A stretch of DNA of 45,901 nucleotides from an uncultured virus (IMG/VR IMGVR_UViG_3300033753_000202) (Duplodnaviria > Heunggongvirae > Uroviricota > Caudoviricetes): the IMG/VR virus record IMGVR_UViG_3300033753_000202. One strand, written 5' to 3'. A program made the position numbers and the translations under genes. How positions within the stretch are numbered: the stretch's first letter is position 1; each line of letters begins with the position of its first letter. Shown in pieces: positions 33,312 through 42,745 of the stretch. Under the pieces are notes generated by a model, which was not told the origin of the DNA, did no database searches, and saw nothing but the letters and a program-made list of their open reading frames with translations.

Positions 33312-35474
33312 ATGTTGAACACCGTCTTAACGATAGCGAGTATTGTTGGTTTTGTCATCGCTCTCATTGTGGTGTATTACATCTCTAAATCCCGGACGGA
33401 GTTTATCCCGGAGGAAGAGTACAACACAATGGAAGAGCTTCTGGAAGCGGTTAAGCATGAAATGGTAGAACTCGTTAAAGAGGATTACTCTCTTGGTCTT
33501 TCGGAAGCGGAGTTCAATATGTTGTATCGGCGTAAAGCTCGGATTAATGATGCTTTGAAGAACTGCGTTTATGGTATTGACTCTGCGAAGATTATTGTCA
33601 TTGAGTTGATCCGTTCTTTTATCGCTAATAATGTACCGCATCATCGGGTCACGGACTTGCTTGGTCTGTCGGATGGTTTGGTTCCGTCCGACCATGTCAT
33701 TTTCGAGATCCTGTTGTATAAGTATAAGCGCATGCTGGATGAGAACAATCAGCAACTTGGGAAGAAAGCTCTTGAAGCCATTATTACTAAGTACAATCTC
33801 GACCGCGAGCGCTATGATGAGAACGGGAATCTGCAGAACTATTATTTTTCTCGCGAGGAACTGATCTCCATTTATACGCAAGAGGACTTCAAGCTTACGA
33901 TAGATGAGCAAATCGACCTCTTGGCGATCTTGGTGTATCAGCAGTATGCGGGCTTTGGTATCCTTGACACCTTACGTGAGATGGACATCAACGGCTTCAA
34001 TATTGGTACTTCCGGTAGTATTATGACGAACTTGAATGCTTATAATGCTGGGACGTTCAAAGCGACGGATTCGGTCTGGGTGTATTACAAAGGGAAGTAC
34101 ATCCATTTCCGCTTCATGTCCTTTGGTAGTGAAGACGAAGTTCGTCGGGTCGTACAGCTTATCGCTCGTTATAACAATCCGGGTGCGCTCACAGCGAAGC
34201 GGGGGTATTTGGTCAATACTATGTATGACAAATCCCGCGTCTTGGCACTTCGACCTCCGGCTTCTGAGTACTGGGCGGTCTTTGTTCGGAAGTTCACCAT
34301 TTCTGATCCGACACCTGAGAAGCTTATTATCAAGGATTATACCGTTAACGGCGATTTGGTTATTAACTTGATCAAGTTCTTGATCAAGGGCAAGATGACG
34401 TGCGGGGTAACTGGGCGTCAAGGTTCCGGTAAGACCACGCTGATGTCCTCGATCATTCGTTATATTGATCCGCGTTTGACCATCCGGGTCTTGGAAATGG
34501 CTCCTGAGTTGTACTTGCGGGAAATTTATCCGAATCGTAACATCCTTTCTGTTCAGGAGACGACGCACGTTACTGCTACGGAGCTTCAGGACGCTCTGAA
34601 GAAATCTGACGCCGCTGTTTCGTTGGTCGGTGAGGTCGCAACTGACGAGGTTGCGGCGCGGATGATTCAAATGGGTATGACCGCATCGATGTTTACCATC
34701 TTCTCTCACCACGCGAACACCGCTGAGAAGTTGGTATATACTCTGCGGAACTCGCTGGTTAACGCGGGTGGCTTTACGATGGATACGGCAACGGCGCAGA
34801 TCCTCGAAGTTGTCAACTTCGATATCCATTTGGATTACAACGCCGAAGGTCAGCGTTATATTGAGCGGATTACGGAAATTATCCCGCTCTTGGAGGTTCA
34901 GCCGCTTCCTGAGATTGATCCGAATAATGTGGCGTATTCGCAAGCCGTTATGCAACGCGAGTATTACACTCGACGCACAGCGGCGGTCACCTTCATTACG
35001 CAGGATATCTTGCGATATGATACGAAAACGAAGACTTATTACGCGGTGGAACGTATTTCTCCTCGATTGGAGAAAATTATCCGTGATAATTTGGGGCATG
35101 AAGTCGAGGAGTTCGATAAGTTCATGTTGGCTAACTGGGGACGCCGCAAACCATTGGCGGATGGGCAGGTTGTGGAAGATCCAGTGGCGCTTTCGGTTCT
35201 CGATCATTATCGCTTGAAAGCGGCAAAAGAGCAGAATACCGACTCTCCGATTTTGCAAGGCTTGTCGGCTACTGCCCAACAAGCGGATATGGAGGAAATG
35301 CTTACTGATGACATGATCGAGTATCTGCGTCAGGAAATTATGGCTGACGAAGAGCATAAGAAACGTTTGGTTTCTAATGACACCAGCGATGAGTTGACTC
35401 CGGGTCTTCCGAACGACATTGACGAAGACCATGTAGTTATGCTCGACTTCTTCACTGGAGGTGTCGAGACGTAA
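33312..35474 (+). CDS. tadA: TadA/CpaF (VirB11-superfamily) pilus assembly ATPase with an N-terminal TM
   Basis: Walker A 'GRQGSGKTT', Asp box 'LEMAPEL', Walker B 'SLVGEVA', His box 'FSHHANT' and 'RYIERITEI'. Confidence 0.88.
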   Translation: MLNTVLTIASIVGFVIALIVVYYISKSRTEFIPEEEYNTMEELLEAVKHEMVELVKEDYSLGLSEAEFNMLYRRKARINDALKNCVYGIDSAKIIVIELIRSFIANNVPHHRVTDLLGLSDGLVPSDHVIFEILLYKYKRMLDENNQQLGKKALEAIITKYNLDRERYDENGNLQNYYFSREELISIYTQEDFKLTIDEQIDLLAILVYQQYAGFGILDTLREMDINGFNIGTSGSIMTNLNAYNAGTFKATDSVWVYYKGKYIHFRFMSFGSEDEVRRVVQLIARYNNPGALTAKRGYLVNTMYDKSRVLALRPPASEYWAVFVRKFTISDPTPEKLIIKDYTVNGDLVINLIKFLIKGKMTCGVTGRQGSGKTTLMSSIIRYIDPRLTIRVLEMAPELYLREIYPNRNILSVQETTHVTATELQDALKKSDAAVSLVGEVATDEVAARMIQMGMTASMFTIFSHHANTAEKLVYTLRNSLVNAGGFTMDTATAQILEVVNFDIHLDYNAEGQRYIERITEIIPLLEVQPLPEIDPNNVAYSQAVMQREYYTRRTAAVTFITQDILRYDTKTKTYYAVERISPRLEKIIRDNLGHEVEEFDKFMLANWGRRKPLADGQVVEDPVALSVLDHYRLKAAKEQNTDSPILQGLSATAQQADMEEMLTDDMIEYLRQEIMADEEHKKRLVSNDTSDELTPGLPNDIDEDHVVMLDFFTGGVET

Positions 35475-37435
35475 TGGAAGCTTTGTTGATCATCTACGCC
35501 TTATTCATCCCCATTGGGGGTATCTTCTTCTGGTACTCCCGAAAACCCAAGGCGGAAAAACTCCGCATCATGAATAAGTTTTATTCGCGGATGCACAAGT
35601 TTCTGTCTCGGTTTTTCTTGACTTATCGCTATTATCTGCGTATTCAGCAAAAGCTGGCGAACCTGTCGATTTATCGGAAGGATGAACTTCGATGTGAGTC
35701 GGTGAAATACTTCCTGTGGTCGTGGGGTAGCAGTATTGTTTTGGCGGTAGTCATGATCCTTTTGTTTAACAACATCCTGATCATCCTGATTGGGGTAGGT
35801 TTCACTATCTTCTTGAGCAACATCGTTATTGATAAACGCCTTGATGGGATATATCTCAGGGTTTTGGTGGCAACCGCGCATGCTCTTGATGCGGTGCGGC
35901 AGGAATATTCCCGTACCAACAGTGTTGTAGATGCGCTGAATGAAGCCGAGTACCCTGACATTATTAAGCGTCCGATGGAAACCATTTCAAATATCTTGAC
36001 GGGAACGAACGGAGAGATTCGTTTGCAGGAGTTTATTGAGTCTACTCCGTTTCGTCCACTTCAAACGTTCGCGTCGATCTGTTTTAGCATTAATAATGAT
36101 GGCGATGAGACGGACGAGTTGGGGCGCTCCAACTTTTCGCAAGCCATTACGCTCTTGATTGGAGATGTTAACTCGGAAATCCAGCGGATTACCTTCCGCA
36201 AACTCAAGTTTGGATATATCGAGTACATGCCGTTGGCAGTTATTCCAGCGGTACCGCTTTGTACCATGTTCTTGACCTCCACGATGCCGGGGGTAGCCCT
36301 CGTTTATAATGGGATTATTGGTCAAGTTATTCAAACGGCGGTTGTTTTTGCTTCGATTCTTTGCTATACGGTCGTTTCTCGAATCAACTGTAATATTCCA
36401 ATGAAAGAGGATGACCGTTCTCCTTTTGTTGCACGTTTGTTGGAGAATCGTCGCTTCTATCGTTTTGTTTACACGCTCACGCCGAAGAACAAAAAGCGGG
36501 TGTTGTTGGAACGGAAGTTGAAATCCGCACTTTCCAAAATGACCGTCGAACACTTTTACGCGAAGAAGATCTTACTCGCGGGTTTTTCGATCCTTCTATC
36601 GATTATGACGATCATTTTGGCGGTTAGCATCAGCAAGGACTTCTTGCGGCATAGTACGCAACAGCTTTCGCTTATCGCATCCGATAATACTCCGGCTTTT
36701 GACCGCGAAAAAATGAAAGAGATGGACGCCATTTATCTGCAAAACCCGAAAGCCTATAATGACGACCAAATCGCGCAACTTGTTCGGAGCCATCTCCCGC
36801 TTCTGACGGATTTGCAGGTGTATGAGCAGGTTTCTCGGATGAAGTCAAAGGCAAAGAACCTTGAGAACGCGTATTTCCATTGGTACTATCTCTTGATCGC
36901 TTATGCGACGGGGGTAGTCGGTTGGTTTGCACCGAATCGTTCACTCAAAATGCGTCGGGATATCGCGGCAACTGAGGCTCAGGAAGATTTCTTGCAACTG
37001 CAGACGCTTACGTCCATTCTTATGAACACCAATACGGATACCCTTGGGCTTCTGCATCAGTTTGCCCGTAATAGTCGTATTCATAAAGACATGTTTGTCT
37101 ACGCGGCGCTTTGTTATCCATCTAATCCGGAGTTGGAGATCAGTCGTTTGCAGTCGAAAACGCCAATTTATGAGTTTAAGCGTTTCCTTGGAAAGCTTAA
37201 ACTTACGATCAATGAGTTGTCCATTCGAGAGGCGTTTGAGTCTTTGCTTTTGGAGCGCGAACACGTGGTCAAGATGCGGGAAATGACGACACAAGCCGCG
37301 ATCATGAAGAAGCGGAGAATGGCTGGTAAGTTAACGTTGATTCCGCTGGGCATGATGATAGTAGGGGTATTCCTGTTCCCTATCGGTTATCTGGGGGCAT
37401 TGGAGCTTATGGGTGCGTTCAAGACGCTGGGGTAA
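35474..37435 (+). CDS. Fused TadB/TadC-like membrane platform protein
   Basis: Coupled to tadA (TAATG). Two GspF-like modules, each a TM pair, a cytoplasmic helical domain and further TMs. Confidence 0.65.
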   Translation: MEALLIIYALFIPIGGIFFWYSRKPKAEKLRIMNKFYSRMHKFLSRFFLTYRYYLRIQQKLANLSIYRKDELRCESVKYFLWSWGSSIVLAVVMILLFNNILIILIGVGFTIFLSNIVIDKRLDGIYLRVLVATAHALDAVRQEYSRTNSVVDALNEAEYPDIIKRPMETISNILTGTNGEIRLQEFIESTPFRPLQTFASICFSINNDGDETDELGRSNFSQAITLLIGDVNSEIQRITFRKLKFGYIEYMPLAVIPAVPLCTMFLTSTMPGVALVYNGIIGQVIQTAVVFASILCYTVVSRINCNIPMKEDDRSPFVARLLENRRFYRFVYTLTPKNKKRVLLERKLKSALSKMTVEHFYAKKILLAGFSILLSIMTIILAVSISKDFLRHSTQQLSLIASDNTPAFDREKMKEMDAIYLQNPKAYNDDQIAQLVRSHLPLLTDLQVYEQVSRMKSKAKNLENAYFHWYYLLIAYATGVVGWFAPNRSLKMRRDIAATEAQEDFLQLQTLTSILMNTNTDTLGLLHQFARNSRIHKDMFVYAALCYPSNPELEISRLQSKTPIYEFKRFLGKLKLTINELSIREAFESLLLEREHVVKMREMTTQAAIMKKRRMAGKLTLIPLGMMIVGVFLFPIGYLGALELMGAFKTLG

Positions 37436-37546
37436 AGCTCTATCGCTTTGCCCTTTATTTATGCCTGTTGTACTGCTTCGAGATAGGAAATTGTGTCTTA
37501 TTTGTGTACGCAAACTTCTTCTTTTAGAAAAATAGAGCTTTTTCAG

Positions 37547-37577
37547 AAAACAACTCGACCTACGCCGAGTTGTTTTT
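37547..37577 (+). terminator. Intrinsic terminator ending the Tad assembly operon
   Basis: AAAACAACTCG-acctacgc-CGAGTTGTTTT. Confidence 0.7.
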
Positions 37578-37661
37578 GTATTTAAGCGATTGGTTCGGTT
37601 TTCTATCGTGAGTAAGTATGTCCATCATTGAAGGCTTCGCTTTCTACGATAGAGATCTTAC

Positions 37662-37778
37662 GAACCGATGGTGACACGCATCATGGTAAGGGCGACAAGG
37701 GTTAGCTTCCTTGGAAGGGGGTATTTCTGCAGAACAATTTTTGATTGGTCTGACTGTCGCATAATCTGGGCATCGTTC
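37662..37778 (+). ncRNA. Candidate structured 5' leader upstream of the putative major pilin
   Basis: Nested complementarities: GAAcCGATG/CATCGTTC, GCGACA/TGTCGC, GTTAG/CTGAC and an inner CTTCCT/AGGGGG hairpin. No family recognised. Confidence 0.35.
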
Positions 37779-37813
37779 AAAATCCAAAATAAAATGACGG
37801 AGGGATAAGAACA

Positions 37814-38491
37814 ATGGATGATGGAGTAGCAAAAGGCAGTAATATCGCGGTCGTGCTGGTTATCGTTGCGGCACTGATCGCACTGGCTTTTGGTATTTTC
37901 GTTGTTACGAAGAACCAAGCCAATGAGGGTTCGGCGGACTTGGCGTCCTCGCTGAACACCGTTTCGACGCAGGTGTTCCAAGATTTCGACCAGAAGGTCG
38001 TTACTGGGAACCAAGTTCTGTCGGCTCTGAAGTCGTTTGAAGGTAAACCTTATGCGATCTTGATTTCGACGAAGGCGTTTGCCAATGACTTCCCGATCGC
38101 TCAGTCGAATGACCATCCGGTGGCGTTCATTGTTGAAGCTGGTGGGCAAAACTATATCAACTACAACGCGATTCTCTCGGCTGATGGCACGGACATTACC
38201 ACCGCTCCGACGAATGCGGCTGGCTGGCCTGCAACTTCGGTTACGGCGATCTCTGGAGGTCAACGTGGTGGAGCTATCAACCCGGTCATCACGATGACGA
38301 GCGAAAATGGGGTATTCCTGCATACCACGGGCTTCCAGACGGTTCAAGGGAACATTTTCTATGACAACTCGATTGGCGGGGTTAACCGTTCCGGTAACTC
38401 GGAGTACATCCCGGCAACGACGAAGTTCCAAGCGAACCTCATCAAAGACGCTTCCGGCGCGTATGTCGGTATCGTTCTGCGTCAACTGTAA
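37814..38491 (+). CDS. Putative major pilin-like protein
   Basis: GGAGGG RBS, short leader plus hydrophobic helix, and the motif 'FQDFDQKVVTGNQVLSALK'. Flanked by its own leader and a strong terminator. Confidence 0.6.
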   Translation: MDDGVAKGSNIAVVLVIVAALIALAFGIFVVTKNQANEGSADLASSLNTVSTQVFQDFDQKVVTGNQVLSALKSFEGKPYAILISTKAFANDFPIAQSNDHPVAFIVEAGGQNYINYNAILSADGTDITTAPTNAAGWPATSVTAISGGQRGGAINPVITMTSENGVFLHTTGFQTVQGNIFYDNSIGGVNRSGNSEYIPATTKFQANLIKDASGAYVGIVLRQL

Positions 38492-38523
38492 TGAAAAGCC
38501 TGTAACACAGGGCTTCCTTCGAG

Positions 38524-38563
38524 AAAGGCTTGCACATTTCGCGATGTGCAAGCCTTTTTCTTT
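38524..38563 (+). terminator. Strong intrinsic terminator, preceded by a second hairpin at ~38496-38515
   Basis: 14-bp stem AAAGGCTTGCACAT-ttcgcg-ATGTGCAAGCCTTT. Confidence 0.85.
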
Positions 38564-38605
38564 ACGGAAGTTTATACTCAGCGTCTAAGTCTGGTCGGTT
38601 AAGGA

Positions 38606-39145
38606 GTGAGAGCTTTGCATGACGAGATTAAAGGTACCGCCTACATCGCGGTTAGCTTGTCGTTATTGGCGGGGTTATTAGTGTTTATCTCATTTGCGCT
38701 GATGGAGCGTTCAAATATCGCCAATATCCGCAACAATGAGATCTTTGCTAAACGTGCCGTGCAGGATATGTATGAGTTTAACCTCTATCATACGGAAACA
38801 CTTTATGGGGAAGACGTTGTTGTGGCGATTCGTCAGTATTATGACACTAATGTACGGATCGCGGTAAATGATCCATCCCTTTCGGTGAGTGCGGCGTGTA
38901 CGGTTCCTCCCAACTATGTGTCGAATGGGTACTATGAGATTGATGTTACCCGCGCCCGGAATTGTCCTGACCTTGTGAAGACCGAGAAACTGCGACAGTG
39001 GTTCCCAACCACGAAGCGTTATAAAGCGGTACTGGTATATGGTGGGGTATCCTTGCGGGATGTCACTCCGTCGTGGCGGCAGGACGGGGTGTACTCCAAT
39101 GTTTCTGGTATTGTCTTCTTTTATGACGGGACAAGGACTAACTAA
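38606..39145 (+). CDS. Minor pilin-like protein
   Basis: N-terminal hydrophobic helix; 'FNLYHTETLYGEDVVVAIR' resembles the 37814 motif. Confidence 0.6.
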   Translation: MRALHDEIKGTAYIAVSLSLLAGLLVFISFALMERSNIANIRNNEIFAKRAVQDMYEFNLYHTETLYGEDVVVAIRQYYDTNVRIAVNDPSLSVSAACTVPPNYVSNGYYEIDVTRARNCPDLVKTEKLRQWFPTTKRYKAVLVYGGVSLRDVTPSWRQDGVYSNVSGIVFFYDGTRTN

Positions 39146-39235
39146 AATTTAAGACTTTGAAAGTTTCTTATCCTGTTTCCGTTCGTGTTTATAACGGTTA
39201 CGTTGCTTTTTGTGTAAATTCATAACAGCAGGGAG

Positions 39236-39667
39236 GTGGGGGTAGTGGAATCGGAAATCGGGTGGTTTTCGAGGATGCTTGTTTCCCTTGGACTTACAGC
39301 TTCTCTTTTAGCTTTGGGAGGAGTTTTGGGGTATGCAGGACGGGGCGTGCTTGTTGACATTGATAATAAACGGGTGACGACACAAGTCATTCAGCAACAA
39401 CGTGAGATTCTTAGTTACGAGAATATCTATGTTACAGCGGACGATGTCTATTTGGCGGTTATTCGGTACAATCGGGTACTTCCTCTTAGTATTCAGTATT
39501 ATAGCGGAAGTTCAAAAGTGTATTTGAATTTAACCCCGGACTCGAATGCTACGATGTGGACGAAAGATTATTTGCGCCCCTATCTCACGGATACCTTGTA
39601 TCGCGCTCGCTTGAGTCGGGGTATGGCAAATGAGGTTACGGGGATTGTTTTTGATTTGGTTAACTAA
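39236..39667 (+). CDS. Minor pilin-like protein
   Basis: N-terminal hydrophobic helix; 'LSYENIYVTADDVYLAVIR'; the C-terminal 'VTGIVF' is shared with 37814 and 38606. Confidence 0.6.
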   Translation: MGVVESEIGWFSRMLVSLGLTASLLALGGVLGYAGRGVLVDIDNKRVTTQVIQQQREILSYENIYVTADDVYLAVIRYNRVLPLSIQYYSGSSKVYLNLTPDSNATMWTKDYLRPYLTDTLYRARLSRGMANEVTGIVFDLVN

Positions 39668-39672
39668 GGGAG

Positions 39673-40158
39673 GTGACCTTCATGGATGAAGGTTTGAATA
39701 AATCGCTTTGGTTGGCGATATCGGTGGTTGCGGCGGCGGCTTTGATCAGTATTATTATCTTCACGGTAAGTATCGGGAATCAGGTGAAGTATGAATCGAT
39801 GTCGCTGTTTGGTTCGATTCATAACGCTATCGCTGATGGGTACATCAAGGACATCGCCCTTGGTGAACTGGACATGGAAATGCCCGCCGCGACTGCGTAT
39901 TCGATTTTGACGACCTACTCTGGTACCATTACTACTTCTGTCAATGCGAGGACTGGTCGTATTGTTGATCTTCAGGTATCTCCTACTGATTTGATGGACG
40001 ATCTTGGGGGTAGAGTGCAGTTGGAGTTTGGTAAGGTGATCAACGGCAACTTCTACGTGATCATTCACGATGAAGATTGTATGTGGGAAACAGGTTTCTG
40101 TACTTGTGCTTTTGCCGCCACTGCCAATAATTTTAAGAACACGTATGGAGTTGAGTGA
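39673..40158 (+). CDS. Minor pilin-like protein with a Cys-rich C-terminus
   Basis: 'MDEGLNKSLWLAISVVAAAALISII' parallels the 37814 N-terminus; 'DCMWETGFCTC'. Confidence 0.6.
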   Translation: MTFMDEGLNKSLWLAISVVAAAALISIIIFTVSIGNQVKYESMSLFGSIHNAIADGYIKDIALGELDMEMPAATAYSILTTYSGTITTSVNARTGRIVDLQVSPTDLMDDLGGRVQLEFGKVINGNFYVIIHDEDCMWETGFCTCAFAATANNFKNTYGVE

Positions 40159-40592
40159 CGATGAACTTCATAGATGATATTACTGATTTTCTAGTCTTTG
40201 TTGTGTTATTCGCGGCGTTTTCTACTATCGGGTTAGAGTTGGTACTTCCTGAGTATTATGATAGTGTTCGTATTTCTCAGGAATCCATTACCGATAAAAC
40301 TGCCCCAACAGCTTTGGGGTATGTGGAGGAGACTAATTATCGCGGGGAGTTGAGCTTTGCGGAAGTTCTTATTATGACGCAAATTCAAGACATCTCGATT
40401 CCAGCTCCGAAGCGTTATGCGGTTGGGAATACGGTAGTGGAGATTGGTAGTGAATATCGGGCGGAGTTGGATTTGGTATGGCGCGAGGTTATGCCGCGTC
40501 TTGCTACGACTCCAGCGCAAGCCAATCAAAAATTCTATGTGCATTATAATCCGACACAAGATCGGTATGACATCAATACGGTTGCTCCGTAA
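40155..40592 (+). CDS. Minor pilin-like membrane protein
   Basis: Single N-terminal TM, overlapping start, 'YRGELSFAEVL'. Confidence 0.55.
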   Translation: MTMNFIDDITDFLVFVVLFAAFSTIGLELVLPEYYDSVRISQESITDKTAPTALGYVEETNYRGELSFAEVLIMTQIQDISIPAPKRYAVGNTVVEIGSEYRAELDLVWREVMPRLATTPAQANQKFYVHYNPTQDRYDINTVAP

Positions 40593-40609
40593 TAGGAGGG
40601 GGTGTTCCC

Positions 40610-41059
40610 TTGTTTGACTATGTGAATCGCGTTGTTATGGTAATTCTTATTTTCGTCATGTTGGTTGTACCGCCAGTTCTCTTTTCATATGTTCGGGCGG
40701 AGATGAAAGCTGAGCGAATCGCGCTCAATGAGGTCGAGCTTTTTCTTGATAAGGTAACGGACAAAGGCACCATTACGGATCAGGACTTGAATGACCTTTA
40801 TCTCGGTATCGCGGCTACTGGGGGTATCTACGATGTAAAGGTTTCTCGCTTGATCCGTATTTCTACTTTGACTGAAGACGGTCGTATTCGGACGATTTAT
40901 CTCGATGAAAATTACGAGAATACTCGTATGAATATGGGCGACCTTGTCAAGGTTACGGTGACAGAGATAGGGGTATCCCCGGCGAAGCGTTTGCTCTGGC
41001 ATGTTTTGCGAATTGATGAGGGGAAATTTGAGTTCAGCTTGGTTGCGGCTGTTCGTTAA
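40610..41059 (+). CDS. TadE/F-like minor pilin protein
   Basis: N-terminal TM; 'FLDKVTDKGTIT' and 'MNMGDLVKVTVT' resemble Bacillota TadE-like proteins. Confidence 0.55.
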   Translation: MFDYVNRVVMVILIFVMLVVPPVLFSYVRAEMKAERIALNEVELFLDKVTDKGTITDQDLNDLYLGIAATGGIYDVKVSRLIRISTLTEDGRIRTIYLDENYENTRMNMGDLVKVTVTEIGVSPAKRLLWHVLRIDEGKFEFSLVAAVR

Positions 41060-41074
41060 AGGTGGTGACATAGC

Positions 41075-42088
41075 TTGAAAAACTGGACAGTCATCGCTTC
41101 TTTTATGGGTTTTCTAATGTTCCTTTTTATGTGCGGGACTTTCTTTCATGAAATTCGCACAAATGAGCGTCAGTTTAATGAACTGCATTTCAAGAAAGTT
41201 GTGGACTACGCAACCGAAGCGTCCTTTCTTTCCACCCTTGAAGGGGGTAACTTGGGGATTAGTTATCTCGATTTGCAGAACGTTAAAATTGACCCGACGA
41301 ACGCCTTGGATGTCTTCCGTTCAGTCATCGCTCTTTCTTATGATATGGCGCTTAGTGAACAAACTTTTACTGCGCTAGATAACTACATCACCACAGCGGT
41401 GTTAGTGGCGGCGGATGGGTATTATATCGCCACTTTGGAGGATCACGTCGAGCATACAGCGCAGGGGGATGTTACTTATAAGCGGTTGAAGTGGGGGTTA
41501 AAGCGACCTTTCACGATCAAGTATGGGAATTACGACACCGTTGCGTATAACTTAAGTAATGAATCTTGGGTTTTGGTGCGTCAGAATCCTTCTAATCCTT
41601 CGCAAGCTACGGTTTATCGCGGTGAATCTTTTAACGCCTTGCGTATTGATCATGGGATTGTTGCTACTCGTGACGCTATCAATAAGGCGGTCAATGAACG
41701 GATTACACGAGATGCCAATGCGGTAGCTCAATTTCGTAATAAGGACTTGAACCGTTACACCTTAAAGGACTTCATTTACCTTCCTTCCGAAGTAACCAGC
41801 TCGGGGGTAAACCCGGTCTTTAAGCCCTCCTTGATTTATGCTCTTTCTGACGTTGACTTTGCGGGAAGCCAAAAGCTCAATATTCGCAGTGTTGGTGGTT
41901 TTACGCTTACTAAGAAGGTTCGCGTAATTGGTTTTCAGGAGAATGGGGTAGACTACTATGCTTTTGAGGGGCAACTTCCTCAGCATATTGTGGATAGTGC
42001 GCGTTTCTTCTATAACTCTACGGAGGAAGCGGCGCTTGCCGGGTTTAAGCCGCATTTGGAGTATCTGAAGAACCCAATAAACTACTAG
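41075..42088 (+). CDS. TadG-like larger pilin-associated protein
   Basis: N-terminal TM followed by 'KKVVDYATEAS' (TadG-like 'a.D.Aa.aa'); last gene of the pilin cluster. Confidence 0.5.
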   Translation: MKNWTVIASFMGFLMFLFMCGTFFHEIRTNERQFNELHFKKVVDYATEASFLSTLEGGNLGISYLDLQNVKIDPTNALDVFRSVIALSYDMALSEQTFTALDNYITTAVLVAADGYYIATLEDHVEHTAQGDVTYKRLKWGLKRPFTIKYGNYDTVAYNLSNESWVLVRQNPSNPSQATVYRGESFNALRIDHGIVATRDAINKAVNERITRDANAVAQFRNKDLNRYTLKDFIYLPSEVTSSGVNPVFKPSLIYALSDVDFAGSQKLNIRSVGGFTLTKKVRVIGFQENGVDYYAFEGQLPQHIVDSARFFYNSTEEAALAGFKPHLEYLKNPINY

Positions 42089-42119
42089 GAATACCAGTCT
42101 TTCCTGCTTAACAAAATGC

Positions 42120-42148
42120 TTGATTTTCCTATCTTTTTGTGTTAAACT
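42120..42148 (+). promoter_or_regulatory. sigmaA-type promoter
   Basis: TTGATT-17 nt-TAAACT with extended -10 TG. Confidence 0.6.
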
Positions 42149-42195
42149 AGGGGTTAAGGAAGTACCCTTCCTACCCTTATTGGAGTTACCATAGA

Positions 42196-42252
42196 CCGAA
42201 CAGAGAGAAAGTACGTCGTTTCTTACGATGTACTTTCTCTTTGTGTTTTCGG
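42196..42252 (+). terminator. Long hairpin (terminator or attenuator) ~50 nt downstream of the promoter
   Basis: CAGAGAGAAAGTACGTCGT-ttctt-ACGATGTACTTTCTCTTTG, extended by CCGAA/TTCGG. Confidence 0.65.
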
Positions 42253-42298
42253 AGCTAATCTTATATTGAAGCAAATTTGTTGAAAAGGAGAGATTGGG

Positions 42299-42745
42299 AT
42301 GGCGGTCGCGCATCCACCATTGGGTTTTTTCTACGCACAAGGGACTGTGCCGGATCGACGTGGTTTCGCTTACCTGACTTTGAAGCGGGATTTGGAGCGT
42401 GGAGTACATCGTCTCCCGGATTACGCCTACATGCGGCATTGGGGTTCGTCTCGGGCTTCGTTGCATTTTGCCTTGCATTTGCGAAATATCCTTGGACATC
42501 TGTTCCAAGGAAAGCAAGCTACTATGACGTATCGGAATGGAGATTACCGACTCTCGGTAGTCACGGTCGGCAACTTGGAGATCGTCTACACGGGAGTAGG
42601 GTCGGGGTACTTTGGGGAAGGTTCCCGCACGGCTTATGATATCCTCAAGCTTATGGGTTTCCCGGAGAAAAAGCTTGAAAAGATTTGGACGCAGGAGAAT
42701 TTCCGCATTACAGTAGGAGGTGGTCGTCGTGGCAAAGCGGGTTAA
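42299..42745 (+). CDS. Hypothetical protein
   Basis: AAAGGAG RBS, ATG start. Confidence 0.6.
   Translation: MAVAHPPLGFFYAQGTVPDRRGFAYLTLKRDLERGVHRLPDYAYMRHWGSSRASLHFALHLRNILGHLFQGKQATMTYRNGDYRLSVVTVGNLEIVYTGVGSGYFGEGSRTAYDILKLMGFPEKKLEKIWTQENFRITVGGGRRGKAG

Noticed and set aside
33972..35432. 486-aa minus-strand ORF and other long antisense ORFs (e.g. 24617..25969, 8923..9978, 2346..3311, 37658..38551)
   Set aside because: They lie antisense to well-supported + strand genes and lack RBSs and motifs; they are shadows of codon bias.
37662..37778. Assignment as a c-di-GMP-I/II, c-di-AMP or ZTP riboswitch
   Set aside because: Only fragments such as CTGGGCA match and the consensus cores are absent; kept as an unassigned structured leader.
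42181..42262. Partial resemblance to a fluoride riboswitch (TGGAGTT..ACCAT..ACCG...GCTAAT)
   Set aside because: The 5' GGnGAU and 3' GACuCC pseudoknot elements are missing and no fluoride-related gene follows.
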